Shown: positions 1 to 13,489 of the stretch, in pieces | Layout of the letters: each line of letters opens with the position of its first letter | How positions within the stretch are numbered: the first letter of the stretch is position 1 | Assembly (NCBI GenBank): GCA_013239625.1 | Contig: MU054323.1 | Coordinates: 16,868,029 to 16,932,028, forward strand | Origin: Lama guanicoe | Taxonomy: Eukaryota | Reading direction: 5' to 3' | Length of the DNA: 64,000 bases | Notes under the pieces: model-generated | Database searches by the model: none | What the model was told of the DNA's origin: nothing | Seen by the model: the letters and a program-made list of their open reading frames with translations, nothing else | Position numbers and translations under genes: made by a program

Positions 1-1432
1 CTCATTTTACTGATAAGAAAGTGACTGAGTGGCTTTAAGTCCAAAACCAGGACCCTTGCTATCATAAAGCTGAATCAACAAAGCTGAATCAACAAGAGAT
101 CAAGGTACAAGTTTTAGGATAGAGAACTCCTTCATTATAATTTAAGTTAAGCCATAGAACCAACTAATCTAAAGGGCTATAATGTGATAACATAAACACA
201 AAGATGTGGCTTCTGCTTGCCTCAAGAACATGGATGGCAGTTGTGCCACCTTGCAAGATCAGAGAAAAAGAGGTAGAATAAACTGAGAGACTCTGAGGAT
301 TCCCAATAGCATCATTTAGTTTGTAATGACAGATATCCCCATCCCTATAATAAAAAGAAGCCATTCCTCTTTTATCACATAATAATATCCAAAACTTGTT
401 TCCACTCTGACAGCTACATACTTTGAAATGAGGAAGGAAGGAAATGGAAACTTTGAGACTGGTCATGTACTCCAGATATTACTGGAAAGTGTCACAAAAA
501 TTCCAAGACACTATGACAGTATTACCTATAATCTACCATCAGTAAGAAATATCTCTATCTCAGGAGAAGCACATACTTTTTTTTAACTTTCGCAAATACA
601 CATCTTGACATATCACCAGCTGGACCTAACCACCGTATTTCAATAATTTAGTAATAATTTTCAGCCAGAAAAATATCAACCGCAGATCTCAGAAATGAGA
701 AAGAAAAGAAGTAACAAAATGACCTGTGGTGGTTTAATTCAATCCAATCAGTCTAAATTATACAGAAAAAAGATGGCCTAGCTTGAAGAGACTAGAACTT
801 GACAGAACAGCAAACACAATTAGGGTACAGTGTAAGTGAAAAAACAGCAAGGATTTTACCCCTTTCTAAATGAAACAGGTGCTATAAGTCCTTAGTTAAT
901 TATATAAACATCATTTAGGTTTCCTAAGTTAAATATGAATTAATTCTTACGCTTCTACCCTTATTAGTTCAAATAATTGAGTACTAGTTGTCATATATAT
1001 CAAATAAAGAACGAAATTTAATTACTTGGTTTTGTTGTTTGTCTGATTTAGCCAAAAAATAAAGATATATTCTATATCTTACTGTATTTTGGCATATGCC
1101 TGAACTCAACTGAATTTAATATCAACTGAATATCCTTGAATTCAATTAAGGATAGCATGCAATAATATCTTTTCATTTAAAAGGGAACAAAGTATAAATG
1201 CTATGATGAAATACCAAAGGGACTGGCTACTGGCTTACTGTTTCCCTGGTAAGCACTCAAATGTAGGAAATTTCACATTGTGAGCCGGAATAACAAGTAT
1301 AGAAATACAAATAACCAAGAGCTTTCTTTAATTTTAATCTTTTTCTTTTCTTCAATCCAAAAGTGTTCTGAGGAAGAACAAAGGAATTAGGATTATCTAA
1401 ACTGATCATACCACAGCATCTCTGTGTCTCAC

Positions 1433-1537
1433 CTGGACAGAGCTAGTCATAGTGCTCAGAGCAAACACTGTCGCACAATCTTTGATAGTTGACTGGCTAT
1501 CAAAGGCACCCTGGGTATCCATTAGCAGCACAGCCAC
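1433..1537 (-). CDS. ATL2: ATL2 coding exon 4 (105 nt), G3 motif; gene continues beyond the window start
   Basis: Acceptor ttcttag|GTG and donor CAG|GTGAGA. Encodes [35 protein letters not shown], with the G3 motif DTQG. Confidence 0.96.
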
Positions 1538-1840
1538 CTAAGAATTTAAAAGTTTGAAATACTAAATAAAATATTCACCAACAGTAAAATATTCACCAAT
1601 TCACCAATATAGTCACCAATAGTGACTATAAAAATTAAATATAAAATGATTAATATCAAAACCAATAATTAAGTCAAGGAAAGTACTCTAAGTTAAATAT
1701 CTCACACATTTTGACAAGATAATCCACGTATGTTAATGTTACCAGACATTAATAGTTTTTTGTTGTTTTGATCTTTAATACCAGAAAATTGTTCAAGAAA
1801 GAACACGGAAGAAAAAAATAGCAAAAAAAGAGAATTTTAC

Positions 1841-1975
1841 TTTTGTTCCATTAGGTCTGTCAATCACAAACACTTCATTCCAGACTTGTATGCCTGTTGT
1901 TTCTCTTTCACAACCACCCCGCCATGTAAAGCCAGTCAATGGTTCATTGTTTCCACCAATCCAACTTTGAGAATC
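1841..1975 (-). CDS. ATL2: ATL2 coding exon 3 (135 nt), switch I/G2
   Basis: Acceptor ttttaacag|GAT and donor AAA|GTAAAA. Encodes [45 protein letters not shown], with the G2 motif ERETTG. Absent from the ORF track and read by hand. Confidence 0.96.
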
Positions 1976-3809
1976 CTGTTAAAATCAAGCACAAATATAC
2001 AATAAAACACAAAATATTAAGAACTCAAAAGGAATGTCATCCATTCCTTATTTTACAGATGAGGAAGCTAAATCCAGGGAGACAAAATATACTGTAACAG
2101 TATACAAGTAGTTAAAAAAGTGGTCCCAAATCCCACCTGGGTTGCTCTTAGAGAGGTGTGGTCTTCCTCCAAACCTGAACTTTCTCAAATCTGCTCACAT
2201 TTTTAGACTCTAGGCCTCTAGATAAGTGGGGTCACACCCACTTTCTCCCATTTTGGAGAGATTTCCTATAATGTTTAAAAATCATATAAAAGATAGACGG
2301 TAGCTATTTTGACACCACCTTGTACAGATAAGCAAAACTAAGTTCCAAACAAAATGGCTCTCTTAGAATAGCTTATACTAAAATGTTTTCACACTGCCTT
2401 AAAAAAATCAACTTTAAAAATAATCACAAGACTTGTTTGAAACCTGAAACTATGCAACTATAAAATATAAAAGTCTTTTTTGAACCCAAAAGAGAAACCT
2501 GAACTCAGAATGGGTATTTATATTAGATGGTGTTAAGTTGGGGTAAAGATGATTATTTGGTGTGATAATGATATTGTGGCTGTATTAATAACAACAACAA
2601 TCATAATAATGAAGTCCTTATCTGTTAAATACTCAAGTACTTGTAGTGAAAGAATACACCTGGCATTTGCTTTAAACTATTTCAGGAAGGAAAAAAAAAA
2701 AGAATACAAGGGCAAGGAGGAAAAAAGATGAAACAAGACCAGCAAAATGTTGATAGGTGCATTGGGGTTCATTATACTATACTATCTTGTGGTATATTCA
2801 AAATTTTCCATAGTAAAATGTTCTAACTTAAACAACAGGGCTAAACTGTTATAATTAAATCTTATAAAATTATATAAAAGTTTATATACCATAAGGCAAT
2901 CTCTCTAGAAAATTAAATCTGGGACATAATAAATGAATTAACTTTGACATGTATCAAGAGCCCTGTACTTTAGTATATTTAAAGCCCACATATCCTTTCC
3001 TCAAAGTACCCCCCACATAAGAAAAATGCCTTTGTTTCAGAAATACTTCTAATAAGTTTCACTATACAGTCCAAAGCATGTAACAAAGCTCAAATTAGGG
3101 GCAGAGAAAAGATGGGTAAGGTAGGCTCAATGAGGGATGGAGCAACTTACGAAAAGGAGATATAAGGTGAGAGAAAATAGTATTGTCCAGATGATCACTA
3201 CCTAATGTAAAGATCAGTCTTAAACTTTAAACCATCTATAATTATTATTCCACAAAACTCCCATCCCCAGTAGGTTACCTATCCTATCAATTACAAAATT
3301 CTCTTGGACTGCCTTCACTTTCAGTATCTTCAACTTAAGGCCCACATCCCTCTGTTGGTCACAAGGCTGCCACATGGCACAACTCCATTCATTCTATATA
3401 CAATAGACTTGAGCTTCAGAACGCACCTTTCACAGGGTTTAGAGGATTAATAGTACCCCGTAGACAAGCCCAATGGTGGTCTTGTCCCTAGGCTATACTT
3501 TAGATGCTCCAAATAGACCTTGCACCTCCTTCCTGTACCCTCCAACCCATCCTTCCCATAGTCACTTAATTCTTTCAACAAGAAATGTAATCACCCCACT
3601 GTGTGCTGAAGTCACCTGTGGCTCCCCATTTACTTACTTACAGGACCATCTGGAGATCTGCTCCATACAATCTACCTTTAATTTCTTTACTTTTCCTATC
3701 TTTGCTCCTGATATTCTCCATTAGTTTCCCTAACACCCACATACACACACACATCTCTTCCTGTTTCTATCACACCAAAAAGGTCACTATCCTTATATGA
3801 GGTCACTAG

Positions 3810-4030
3810 GGTAGTCAGAGTCATAGAGACAGAAAGTAGAGAAGTGGTTATCAGGGGCTGACAGGAGGGGAGGAATGGGGGAGTTTAATGTGTACAGAGT
3901 TTCAGTTTGGGAAGATGAAAAAGCTCTGGAGACGGACTGGTGCTGATGGTTGTACAATAATATGAATGTACTTAATGCTACTGAACTGTACACTTAAAAT
4001 GGTTAAAATCATCTATTTTGTTATGCATTA
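3810..4030 (+). mobile_element. Ancient L1M (L1MB-like) 3' UTR fragment
   Basis: agagacagaaagtaga...gtacagagtttcagtttgggaagatgaaaaagctctggaga...gtacttaatgctactgaactgtacacttaaaatggttaa. Confidence 0.75.
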
Positions 4031-5569
4031 TTAACCATATTTTTAAAAAGTGTTCTTCAGTGCTACCAGAACAGAATGAGGAAACACCTTATTAAATTTA
4101 GGTTTGGTGTGGGGATCTGACTTTATAGTCTTCCACTGGACTTCCAGTCTTAGCCCTCCCATGGAAAAGGCTAAGAAGTCACTACACCAATCTCACAACA
4201 AGAAAAAAGCTGAATAGTGTGAAAACCAATGACTTCTTTCTTAGATCAGAGAACTGAGGTCACAGGGCAAACTACACCCCAAAATCTAGAGAGACAGGCA
4301 AATACAAAGAATCATAAGTTGAGGTCAGTTTAATAGAAGCTGAAAGAAGCTGCTGGAGCAATTGGAAGAAACACAAATGGTCATTTGGACAAACTGTTGG
4401 AAGCTAAGAGTGGACGAGTTCTTGAGACATAAGAACTGCAGAGATTCAGGCTTCACAGGCCCCCATTTTCGTAGGTTTTACCTCAAGGAGCACCCTAAAG
4501 TTAAGGGAGATATGAAAAAATTTCCCTCAGGACCTGGGGTGGGGGGCACGGTGCAGTAACCATTTTCAAGTACGCTCAGAGGAGACCAAAGAAATCCTAA
4601 ACTAGAACCCATGAACCAAACAAAACTGTCCCAGGAGAGTTGAGGAAGAAGAGTTAATTTTCTCTTCCAAAACAGGACCTCAAATCATACAAAACTGTTT
4701 AACTCCCCAAATGTTTTAAAGCTGGTGTTGAGTAATTAGTGCAACACTACATTACTTAAGGTATTCTTCAATAAATGACCTTATAAAGTCGATTGTTTTA
4801 GAAATAGTAAATTTTAACTTACAACAACAAAGATTTCAGAATGGGAAAAGGTCTACTGGAACAAGTAATTTATGATCTCTCAAGTCCCAAACTGAAACAT
4901 GTGATGATATAGGTATGATAACATTGATATTACAAAACAGAAGAATCTACATTTGGGACTTAAAGCTGGAAAAGTATTTCAAAGGCTACGAATGACAATA
5001 TTTTCAGGGAACAGATTCAGGAATGCAACCAAGAAAGGCCATCCTAAAATACAGCAATAAGGACTTTGAACAATATATTGTAGACTCCTCCATCTCATCT
5101 GTCTCTGATTCCTCTAGCTTTGGTAATTTCTAGTTGAAATTATACTAATTTTAAACTTGCATGCAAAAAAAAAAACCCAGGAAATTAAAATTTAGAACCC
5201 AAAATTGGGACAGGAGTGGGGAAGATCCAATGTGCTAATGGGAAGAAAGTAGTCCACAGTCCACATAACCTCTATACCCAACCCTTTACCTTATTTTCAG
5301 GGAACAAAATAAGCCCACCAATTTTTACTTTTCTCATTGTATCTTATAATTCTGAAATTTTACCTGCTTCTTACATAGGCAAAAATAGTAATATAAAATT
5401 TAAAATTTCAGCAGCTTGTTAACATAAGTTACGTAGTGTTTCTTTTGTAATAAGAGCAAATTCAGCTAAAGCAGTAATTAAATGAATAAGCTAAACTTCT
5501 ACATTAAATCAGGCAATTTTGTGAGCATATGAACCTGAATAGAGTATGGTGATGACTTAAAATTAACAA

Positions 5570-6240
5570 AACACACACCTATCAGAATGGCCAAAATTTA
5601 AAAGACTGACAATACTGTTTGTAAGATAGAGAGAAATTAAAAATCTTATGTTGCTGGTGGAAGTGCAAATTGGTAAAACCACAAAAATTTTGGACCCCAT
5701 GACCCAACATTCCTACTCCTTCCTGGGTATAAACCCAATAGAAGTAAGTGCTTACATCACCAAGACTTTTACAAGGATGTTCATTAGTGCTTTATTCACA
5801 ACAGCCAAAAATTACAAACAACCCATATGCCTATCAACAGAAGAAGGAGTAAATAAATTGCGATACCTTCATTCAATGAAATACCACTAGGCAATTAAAA
5901 ACAACAATTACTGACACATCTAACAACATGGATCAACCTCTTAACGCTTAATACTGAGTGAAAGAAACCAGACACAGGAGTGCAAACTTTATGACTACAT
6001 TTACGTGAAGTTCAAAAGTAGGCAAAATAAGTGGTATTAAGCCAGAATAGCAGTGGACCCTGAGAGCTGGGGACAGTAATAACTGGGAAGGAGAATGGAA
6101 GAGCCTTCTGGAGTGCTGAAAGTGCTCTTTTCCCTGATCTGTGAGGCAGTGGTTACAAAGGTATAGGTAAGTGAAAATTCATTGGCTGGTACTAAGGCTT
6201 ATGTACTTTATTGTATGTAACTTACACCACACAAAAAATA
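5570..6240 (+). mobile_element. Ancient L1M ORF2 end / 3' UTR fragment
   Basis: Degenerate L1 ORF2 C-terminal translation (RMFISALFTTAKNYKQPICLST...NKLRYLHSMKYH) followed by a typical 3' UTR. Confidence 0.75.
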
Positions 6241-6949
6241 AATATCATCGTCATCATCATCATCCTAGGAAGAAACTTGTAAAATATATTGCTCTTCCTC
6301 TAAATACATTTCTTTCTTAGAAAGAACATGAAACCAAGTTTTTCTTCATGGATTCACACATTTCCAAGTCTTATATCTCAGGCACTGTTAGTTAGAGGAA
6401 AAGGGGAAATCAAGTTTAACATCCCATTTAGCTGATCCTGAGATAGTTGGACTTTTGGCAAATTATATGCAGCAGCACATATATTCCTCAAAGATAGTTC
6501 TTACTCCTGATCTCTAGAAGCAGTTCTGGGAACAACTCTGTAAACAGTAAAGAATCATATACAGCTCCCCTTAAAGTATCCTAGCAATTATGCTATAAAT
6601 GGAGCAAAAACTCTTTACTCATTAAGCATAAACATGAAAAATATCATGCTGCACTACTGTCTATACTTCAACTTCTCAAGTAAACACTGAAAAGTGAACA
6701 TTTACAAAAGAACAATTAGCAAAGATATGGACAAAGACCAAAAGTCATTTTACACAGTTTTTAGAATAAAGGTTTTGGTATCAAATTGCTTGGTTTGGAA
6801 TCCTAGCCTTGCCATTCACTTTCAGCCTCATTTCTTCAACCAAGTTGAAATACTAATATTATTGCATAGGGTTATTGTGAATACTGAGTTAATACCTATT
6901 AATTACTTAGGAGAGCACTTAGAAATCAGTAAAGATTCAAAACTGATCT

Positions 6950-7590
6950 TAGAATATGTGCCTCCTCATGGAAGAATACATCATCTGTGAAGTTCTCTTG
7001 CCAGAAAGCTGAACCTGAGTCTGATCAAGTCTCTAGATTCAACAATTTACAGGAAATTCATAGAACAAAAGAACATGTAAAACTATTACATGGGATAAAG
7101 TCAGCAAATCCAGACTGGGAAACTCTTTATAAGACCAACAGTCAGTTTCTTCAACAAATAAATTTACAAAGACTAGGAAATGGAGTGAAACTTTGGAAGA
7201 GTTAAAAATACTTTAAAGACAACTAGTTACAATGTGGACCCCATTTGGTTGGATACTGATTCAAACAAACCATTAAAAAAAAATTTAAAGTATATGAGGG
7301 AACTAGGAAATTGATCACTTATAAGATACTATACTACTTACGGAATAATTGAACTTTTATGTATGATAATGCTATTATAATATCAAAAAAGCCCTTATCT
7401 TTAAAGAGACATACTGAAATATTTATAAATGAAATACGGTAACTGGCTATACTTCAAAACTTACATAACATGTGGAATGAGTTGGGGTACAGATAAAATG
7501 AGACTGGCGAGTTGATAATTGCTAAAATGGACATTCATCATATTATCTACTTCTACATGTGTTAAAAATTCTTCAAAAAAGTTTTTTTAA
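6950..7590 (+). mobile_element. L1MC-like 3' UTR fragment
   Basis: gaacctgagtctgatcaagtctctagat...cagcaaatccagactgggaaactct...ttatctttaaagagacatactgaaatattta. Confidence 0.55.
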
Positions 7591-9256
7591 AAATAAGGAA
7601 TGCTATAAAAGTTGAAGCTACTGTAAAGAATTAAGAATCTTATCTAGAAGAGTTCAGTAACAGCTATCACTACTATTCACTGTTCAATATATCCCAAGTA
7701 TTAAGTTTTACATACATTATATAATTCCACTAAACTAAGCTTCTATCTTCCTAAACTGATTCTTGAAATTGAAATTATTTTTACATGACAACTTGATCAG
7801 TCAGCATTTTTCTAACAATTCCTCTAGACACCAGAGTAATCTACTTCACTTTGGAAGCATGTGATTCATAAAAATCAACTTACTAAAACTTTTAAGATCA
7901 AAGCAAATATCCATTGGCCGTTAAATGGACAAAATATGATATAATCATATGGTGGAATACTAAAGTCACAAAAATAATGGACTATCACTAGATGCAAAAC
8001 ATGGGTACATTTCACAGATACATTAATAAAATAAGCCAAACATAAACCCATATGGTATGACTTCATTCATTCATGTGTTCAAAAACAGGCAAAACCAGTC
8101 TGTGATGAGAGAGTTCTGAAGAGTGGTTATCTTTTGGGAGGGACAAAATGGGAGGTTCTGTATCATCATCTGGGTAGTGGTAACATGGGTGTACACATAT
8201 ATAAAATTTTGTCAAGCTATACACTTAAGATGTGTACTTTACTTTGTGTAAATTATACTTCAAAAAAAAGAATAATTTTTAAAAAGAATAACTACATTTA
8301 CCTGAACCACACCTCTGAATAACCAAATCACCACTTGAAAGGGAAAGGCTTATAATACTTGAGAGTGTATATACATATTCCAGAGGGGAAAGTCAACCCC
8401 CTTCCACCACCACCACTTGTGTCTCTCAAAACAGATTTTAATCTCCTCTCCTGTAACTCCTGTTTTTACACATGAAATAATATGGTGATTTTTTAAAAAA
8501 TACTGACATAATAGACCTAATAGTTCTCACATAAATTTTTATAATTATTTCATTTTGTAACTTCCCAAGAATGACTTTTACAGTAGTAAGTAGTCTACTT
8601 ACAAATTAAGTACATCAATAATACCTGAATTTCTGTGGTATCCATCATATACAGCATTCATAGTGAATGTCATAAGTGATACTCTTTTAAGTTCAAAATA
8701 TTTCATGCATAATGAATTCAATAAATCAGCAATTCTAGTTACACTCTCATATCTTACATTTCATGGTAAATACTTAACTATAATAATTGATTAATTCTAA
8801 CATGACATGAGGAAATTTTATTCTAGAAAAATTTTTAGTTCATCTCTCAAGTTTACGAAAGTCTCATTTCTTTCCTCCTATATTTCAAGTAAAAAAACCC
8901 TCTATTTTCACAATACAAGTAGCAGCTCAAAAAAAACTGTACAAGAAGCTGTCTACCTCACAAAAAAGTGAGACCTAAAAACCAGAATTTTCCCTGTAAT
9001 TTGGAAGTGTTTGGTAAAACTCTCAGAATATTCTTAGTTTTAAGAACTCAGCTACTGAAATTTTTGTTTTTATCCAACAGAAAAAAGCCCACATTCAGCT
9101 CTGTTATGATTCCTTTACTAGTTAATCAAAATTAAAACACTTCTCTATTTCTAAATCATAAAGTGAAATGTTTAGTTCCTTTCATGAACTTCACTCTTAC
9201 ATAAATTCACTCAGGTCAATGCAAAAGGTGTACAAAGTCAGTGCAATAGGTCCTCT

Positions 9257-9400
9257 GGATGCAAAACCCACAGATACAGAGAGCCGACTGTATACACCAT
9301 TTTATATAAGGGACTTGAACATCCAGGGACTTTGGTATCCGCTGGGGGTCTTGGAATCAACACCCACCCCCTCTCCCCGGGATACCCAGGGACGACTATA
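9257..9400. mobile_element. Tigger/MER2-like DNA transposon end
   Basis: ggatgcaaaacccacagatacagagagccgactgta, and a terminal ggatacccagggacgacta resembling the MER2-type terminal inverted repeat. Confidence 0.65.
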
Positions 9401-11497
9401 AAGTCACTGCTCCTCTTCTATCTTCTTCAATTAGCATTCCACCTTTGTAGGGATACAGGTTAATTAAATAGTCCAAAACCATCCCATTGTTATTTCTCCT
9501 TTACTTTCATCTCCTAGGAAAAGCATGACCCACCACTAAGTCAGTACAAGTAGAATCATGTTATCCCCCAAATCAGACACTGTTTAATGCAATTTTCAAT
9601 TAACAGAATAAAATAATTTACATCAGAAATCCAATATGGAAACCTTATGAATGAAAATTAATAAAGACATTTCAGCTTAGAAACCACTAACTAGGTGTGT
9701 AGCCTCACTCAGGCCCTCACTACCTTTCTACCTTTCTATGATCAGTGTCTTCCCCATGAAAGAGAAAATTATATTAGTTCAGACACTTCAAATATATGAC
9801 ACATGTGTGGGCTGATACTCCCCCACCCCCCAAACCCCATCAAACAGCCACTACTGATTGATCAGAGATCAAATAAGAAATGGGACAGGAGGTGAAACTT
9901 GCTAGACAAGTGATCTAAGCTTCCTTATTTTGTCTGCCACCTACCTGGAATCAAATACATTTGCAGTGAACAGCTTAGGCGCAGATAGATACAATATACA
10001 CAAGTTAACTTAAGGAATCAGAATCTCAAAATATAGAAATTCTTTATCATCTCTAAATGTGTAGTCTTTAAAAAAAAAAGAATATGTCACTAAACATTCG
10101 TCTATTTCAGATGTAAAATTCTGAAAAATAACCAAGTCTAAGTGGAAAAACTTAAAAATTCTCTACCTTTCTCAATTTCTAACTTGTATAAAAATGTTCT
10201 TTAACATGAACTACATTCTCGATACTCAAGTATATTTGAACATGCCTGAAGAGATTCCCTATGAAAAGAATTTACTGAAAAGCTCTTTGGAAAATTAACT
10301 AGGAATGTTTTACCTTATTATTTATCTCAAGGCAGATGCATAGCCAGTTTCAGATTTATGCAGAACTCATAAAGGTTAACACCCCTGACAGATGTTTAGA
10401 AAATGACATAATTCTGTCAAAGCTTTATTTCTAGCATCTTCATGTGTCTTCTGAATGTCTAAAGCCCCCTGTAAAGTCCTTCCCTCTAAGTGCTCCACTC
10501 CAAATGTCCAATTCCTCCTTAGTTCCTATCCAACTCCCATTCCCTCAGCCCTACTTTCAACTGTTAGAACATTCTGACTCAAGTAAAAAAAAAAAAAAAA
10601 AAAAAATTTTTCTTTTTTTACAGGGAAAAAAATGTCTAAATCAGGGAGGGGTGAGGAGTAACAATTGTCTGGTACCATCAACAAGTGAAAATGTGCAGAG
10701 AATGGGAGATTCATCAGTAAAAATAGAAAATAAGTGTTTACTATGCACCAATTATATGCTAGGCATGGGAGATATGGTAATCAAGATAAGGCCCACTCAC
10801 AAAAGAAGTTAAACTAGCCAGGACAAATAAGTAACTAAAGTAGTATCAATGAAACACATGATCTGTGCCAAATGGTCATAATACAGTCTTAGAAATCAGG
10901 GAAGGTTTTTCCTATGGAAAGATTAGTCAACAGTACACCAACATTGGAGAGGTAACATGACATACTCAAGGAACTGCAAAAACATACAGAGGCAAGGGAT
11001 GAGACTCCGAGATGATGGAAGGCCATGAAAGGCACTTTAAGGAACTAAGCCTTATCTCAAAAAGTAAAAGTCTCTGAAGGAGATTTATTTGAGGAGCGTT
11101 AAATAAATCTTTACAGAAGTTTCTATCAGCCTACTTCACCCACTGTTTAAAGGTGATCAAGAAGGGGAAGGTGTGAGGAAATAACAAAAAGGGAGAGACT
11201 GAATAGTACTTTAGAGGCTTTAGCTATATTCAGACATCTTGGGTTAGAGCTTGGAACATAAGTGCTCAATCATATGCATCAATATGTACTACATGCAAAA
11301 AGGAATTATGGAGATGAAGAATCAAGACCTCAAACAAACTTACAGTACTGTCTTAACTGAGAAGTCTTATCAAGAACTGTATTTTTGTAAAAGTAAAGAT
11401 ACAGCTCTTACTGCTTTTTGTCTATTATTTTTAAACAAGATTGGTTGGTCAGTAATTTTTGTTTTTAACTGGGTTCAATTTAAAAGACACTATTCAC

Positions 11498-11739
11498 CTT
11501 GTTATACATATATCTAAGCATGAAGTCCAGAAGAAATGATTTCCCTTTACGAAAAGCTCCTGCCACGGACACCACTACTATGTTAAGATCTCGTATGTGC
11601 TCCTGTAGCAAAATCTGCTCCAAAGCTTCTTCATCAAGCTCAAAGTTATGGTCATCTTCATGAGCAAGGACAATCTGTACTGGACATGGTTTCTTCATAA
11701 CCTCATCAGTGTATAGGTCAACATCTTCATAATTCTCAC
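11498..11739 (-). CDS. ATL2: ATL2 coding exon 2 (242 nt), with the P-loop/G1 motif
   Basis: Acceptor tttctctttttttaactctag|G and donor AAG|GTGAAT. Translates (G)[29 protein letters not shown]...[25 protein letters not shown], containing the atlastin G1 motif GAFRKGKS. 118+242=360 nt keeps the frame. Confidence 0.97.
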
Positions 11740-12510
11740 CTAGAGTTAAAAAAAGAGAAACAGGTTACTTTGATTCCTGCATTCTGAACTTTTCCTAAAG
11801 GATCACAACTAAAGCAAATTTTCAAATAACTTCTTCCCCATTATAGATCATTTGGAAATAGCTACAAAAAGTGATGTCAAATACATACTGGATTTCTTAA
11901 TTTCTCTATAATAAGACCAAGAATAACAGTCAATTTCCTACTATATATACGGATAAGCAACAGTACTACGTATGGCCTCTATCACAATTAAGTCTTAATA
12001 ACTAAATGGGAGCAGCAGGTGTTCTTGAACACTGTATGATTTTATAAACAACTTTTGCTACTGTATGCACACAAAAACTAGATACAGAGAGTGGAAAATC
12101 AATTTCACCTAATAATTCAGGTTCCAATTTTCCCTGTAGGTATCACCTGGAAATTACTCCAAGTTACAAAGATTAAAACATATACATAAATTGTAAACAT
12201 TATTTTTCATTTTGAAACTTAAAGGGCTAAGTTAAAGTCCTAAGAAGTCTCCAAAAATGGCACACGATAAAGCTAATGGGTCCTTAACTTAATAAGAGTT
12301 ACCTAACAGTACAGCCTCCCTTATTAAAGCACAGTACAGTATTAATGTTTTAATGGAAGACACAAGAATGGTCAGTGGGGTAGAGAGTTTCATCTGCCTC
12401 TAGGGCTCTCTTTTACCAAATACCACAGCCACCACTTCAAAGATACACAGCTCCTAAAAAACAGCTATATAGTCTTGTTCAACCAGCACACCAAAAGAAA
12501 GTAACCTCTG

Positions 12511-12660
12511 CGAAGAGGGTATAGCTCAGCAGTAGAGTGCATGCCTAGAATGCACAAGGTCCTGGGTTCAATCTCCAGTACCTTCATTAAAATATTAATT
12601 AATTAATAAAAATTTAATTACCTCCCCCCAAAATAAAATGATAAATAAATTTTTTTAAAA
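12511..12660 (+). mobile_element. tRNA-Ala-derived SINE (vic-1-like)
   Basis: A box TAGCTCAGCAGTAGAG, B box GGTTCAATCTCC, tail TAATTACCTCCCCCC plus A-rich end. Imperfect TSD aaaagaa(a/g)gtaacct(c/t)tg. Confidence 0.85.
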
Positions 12661-13489
12661 AGAAGGTAACCTTTGCAGAAGAACTTCACTGAATTGTAAT
12701 GAAGAAATAACTATAGAATATGTAACAGCAGAAACAAATTTCTAAAGTTTAGGTCTCTGTTCTTTAAAACAAACAAACAAAAAGAACTCCATCTAATAGT
12801 TTCAGAGGGTATGCACCTTGTCTGGGTTTCTTGCCTATCAACTGCTTGATCCCACACAGCAACAAGTTACTCCTGGGGCCTTATCCTCTCCCACATCAAC
12901 ATTCTAAAGAGACTCTCCACCTGAGCTTGTCTACTAAGTGCCAGTTTCCAATCTAAGGAGACATACAGTATCTACCGTGTTCAGTGCAATGACAGCCCCT
13001 CCTCTCCTAGGAGGGAGCCAGCCTACTGAGGAGTGGCACGTTATTAGTGCAACAATATCTTACCCACATAACCACTATCTCAGAGCAAAGACTATATACA
13101 TTAATGAACTTTTAATCTCTTTACAGAAAGAAACATATCACTTATTTGATTTGAAAAGACTACTAGAGCCTTTACCTTCACATCACACGGCACCTGTAAC
13201 CGTATATAGCAAAATCAACATTATTCCAGAAAGTGCTGCAAACAGTAACAATATAATAAAAGAGCAAGCAATTTCAAAGGAGAATCTTTGAAAATAAAAG
13301 CAATCAATATTTAATTAAAGAGGATATTACCACTGCCTGTTTCAGTGGTATATAGCCAGACATGCTATTTGAATGCACAAAAAGTAAACTTTCCAGTACA
13401 ACATAGTTAAATTCCAATTTAACATATTAGGAGAGTCTAGATAAATCTAAATAAATGCAAATTGTGCAATTAAAACCTTCCAAGCCTTA

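Noticed and set aside
66..95. 14-bp tandem duplication AAAGCTGAATCAAC x2
   Set aside because: Ordinary slippage duplication deep in an intron.
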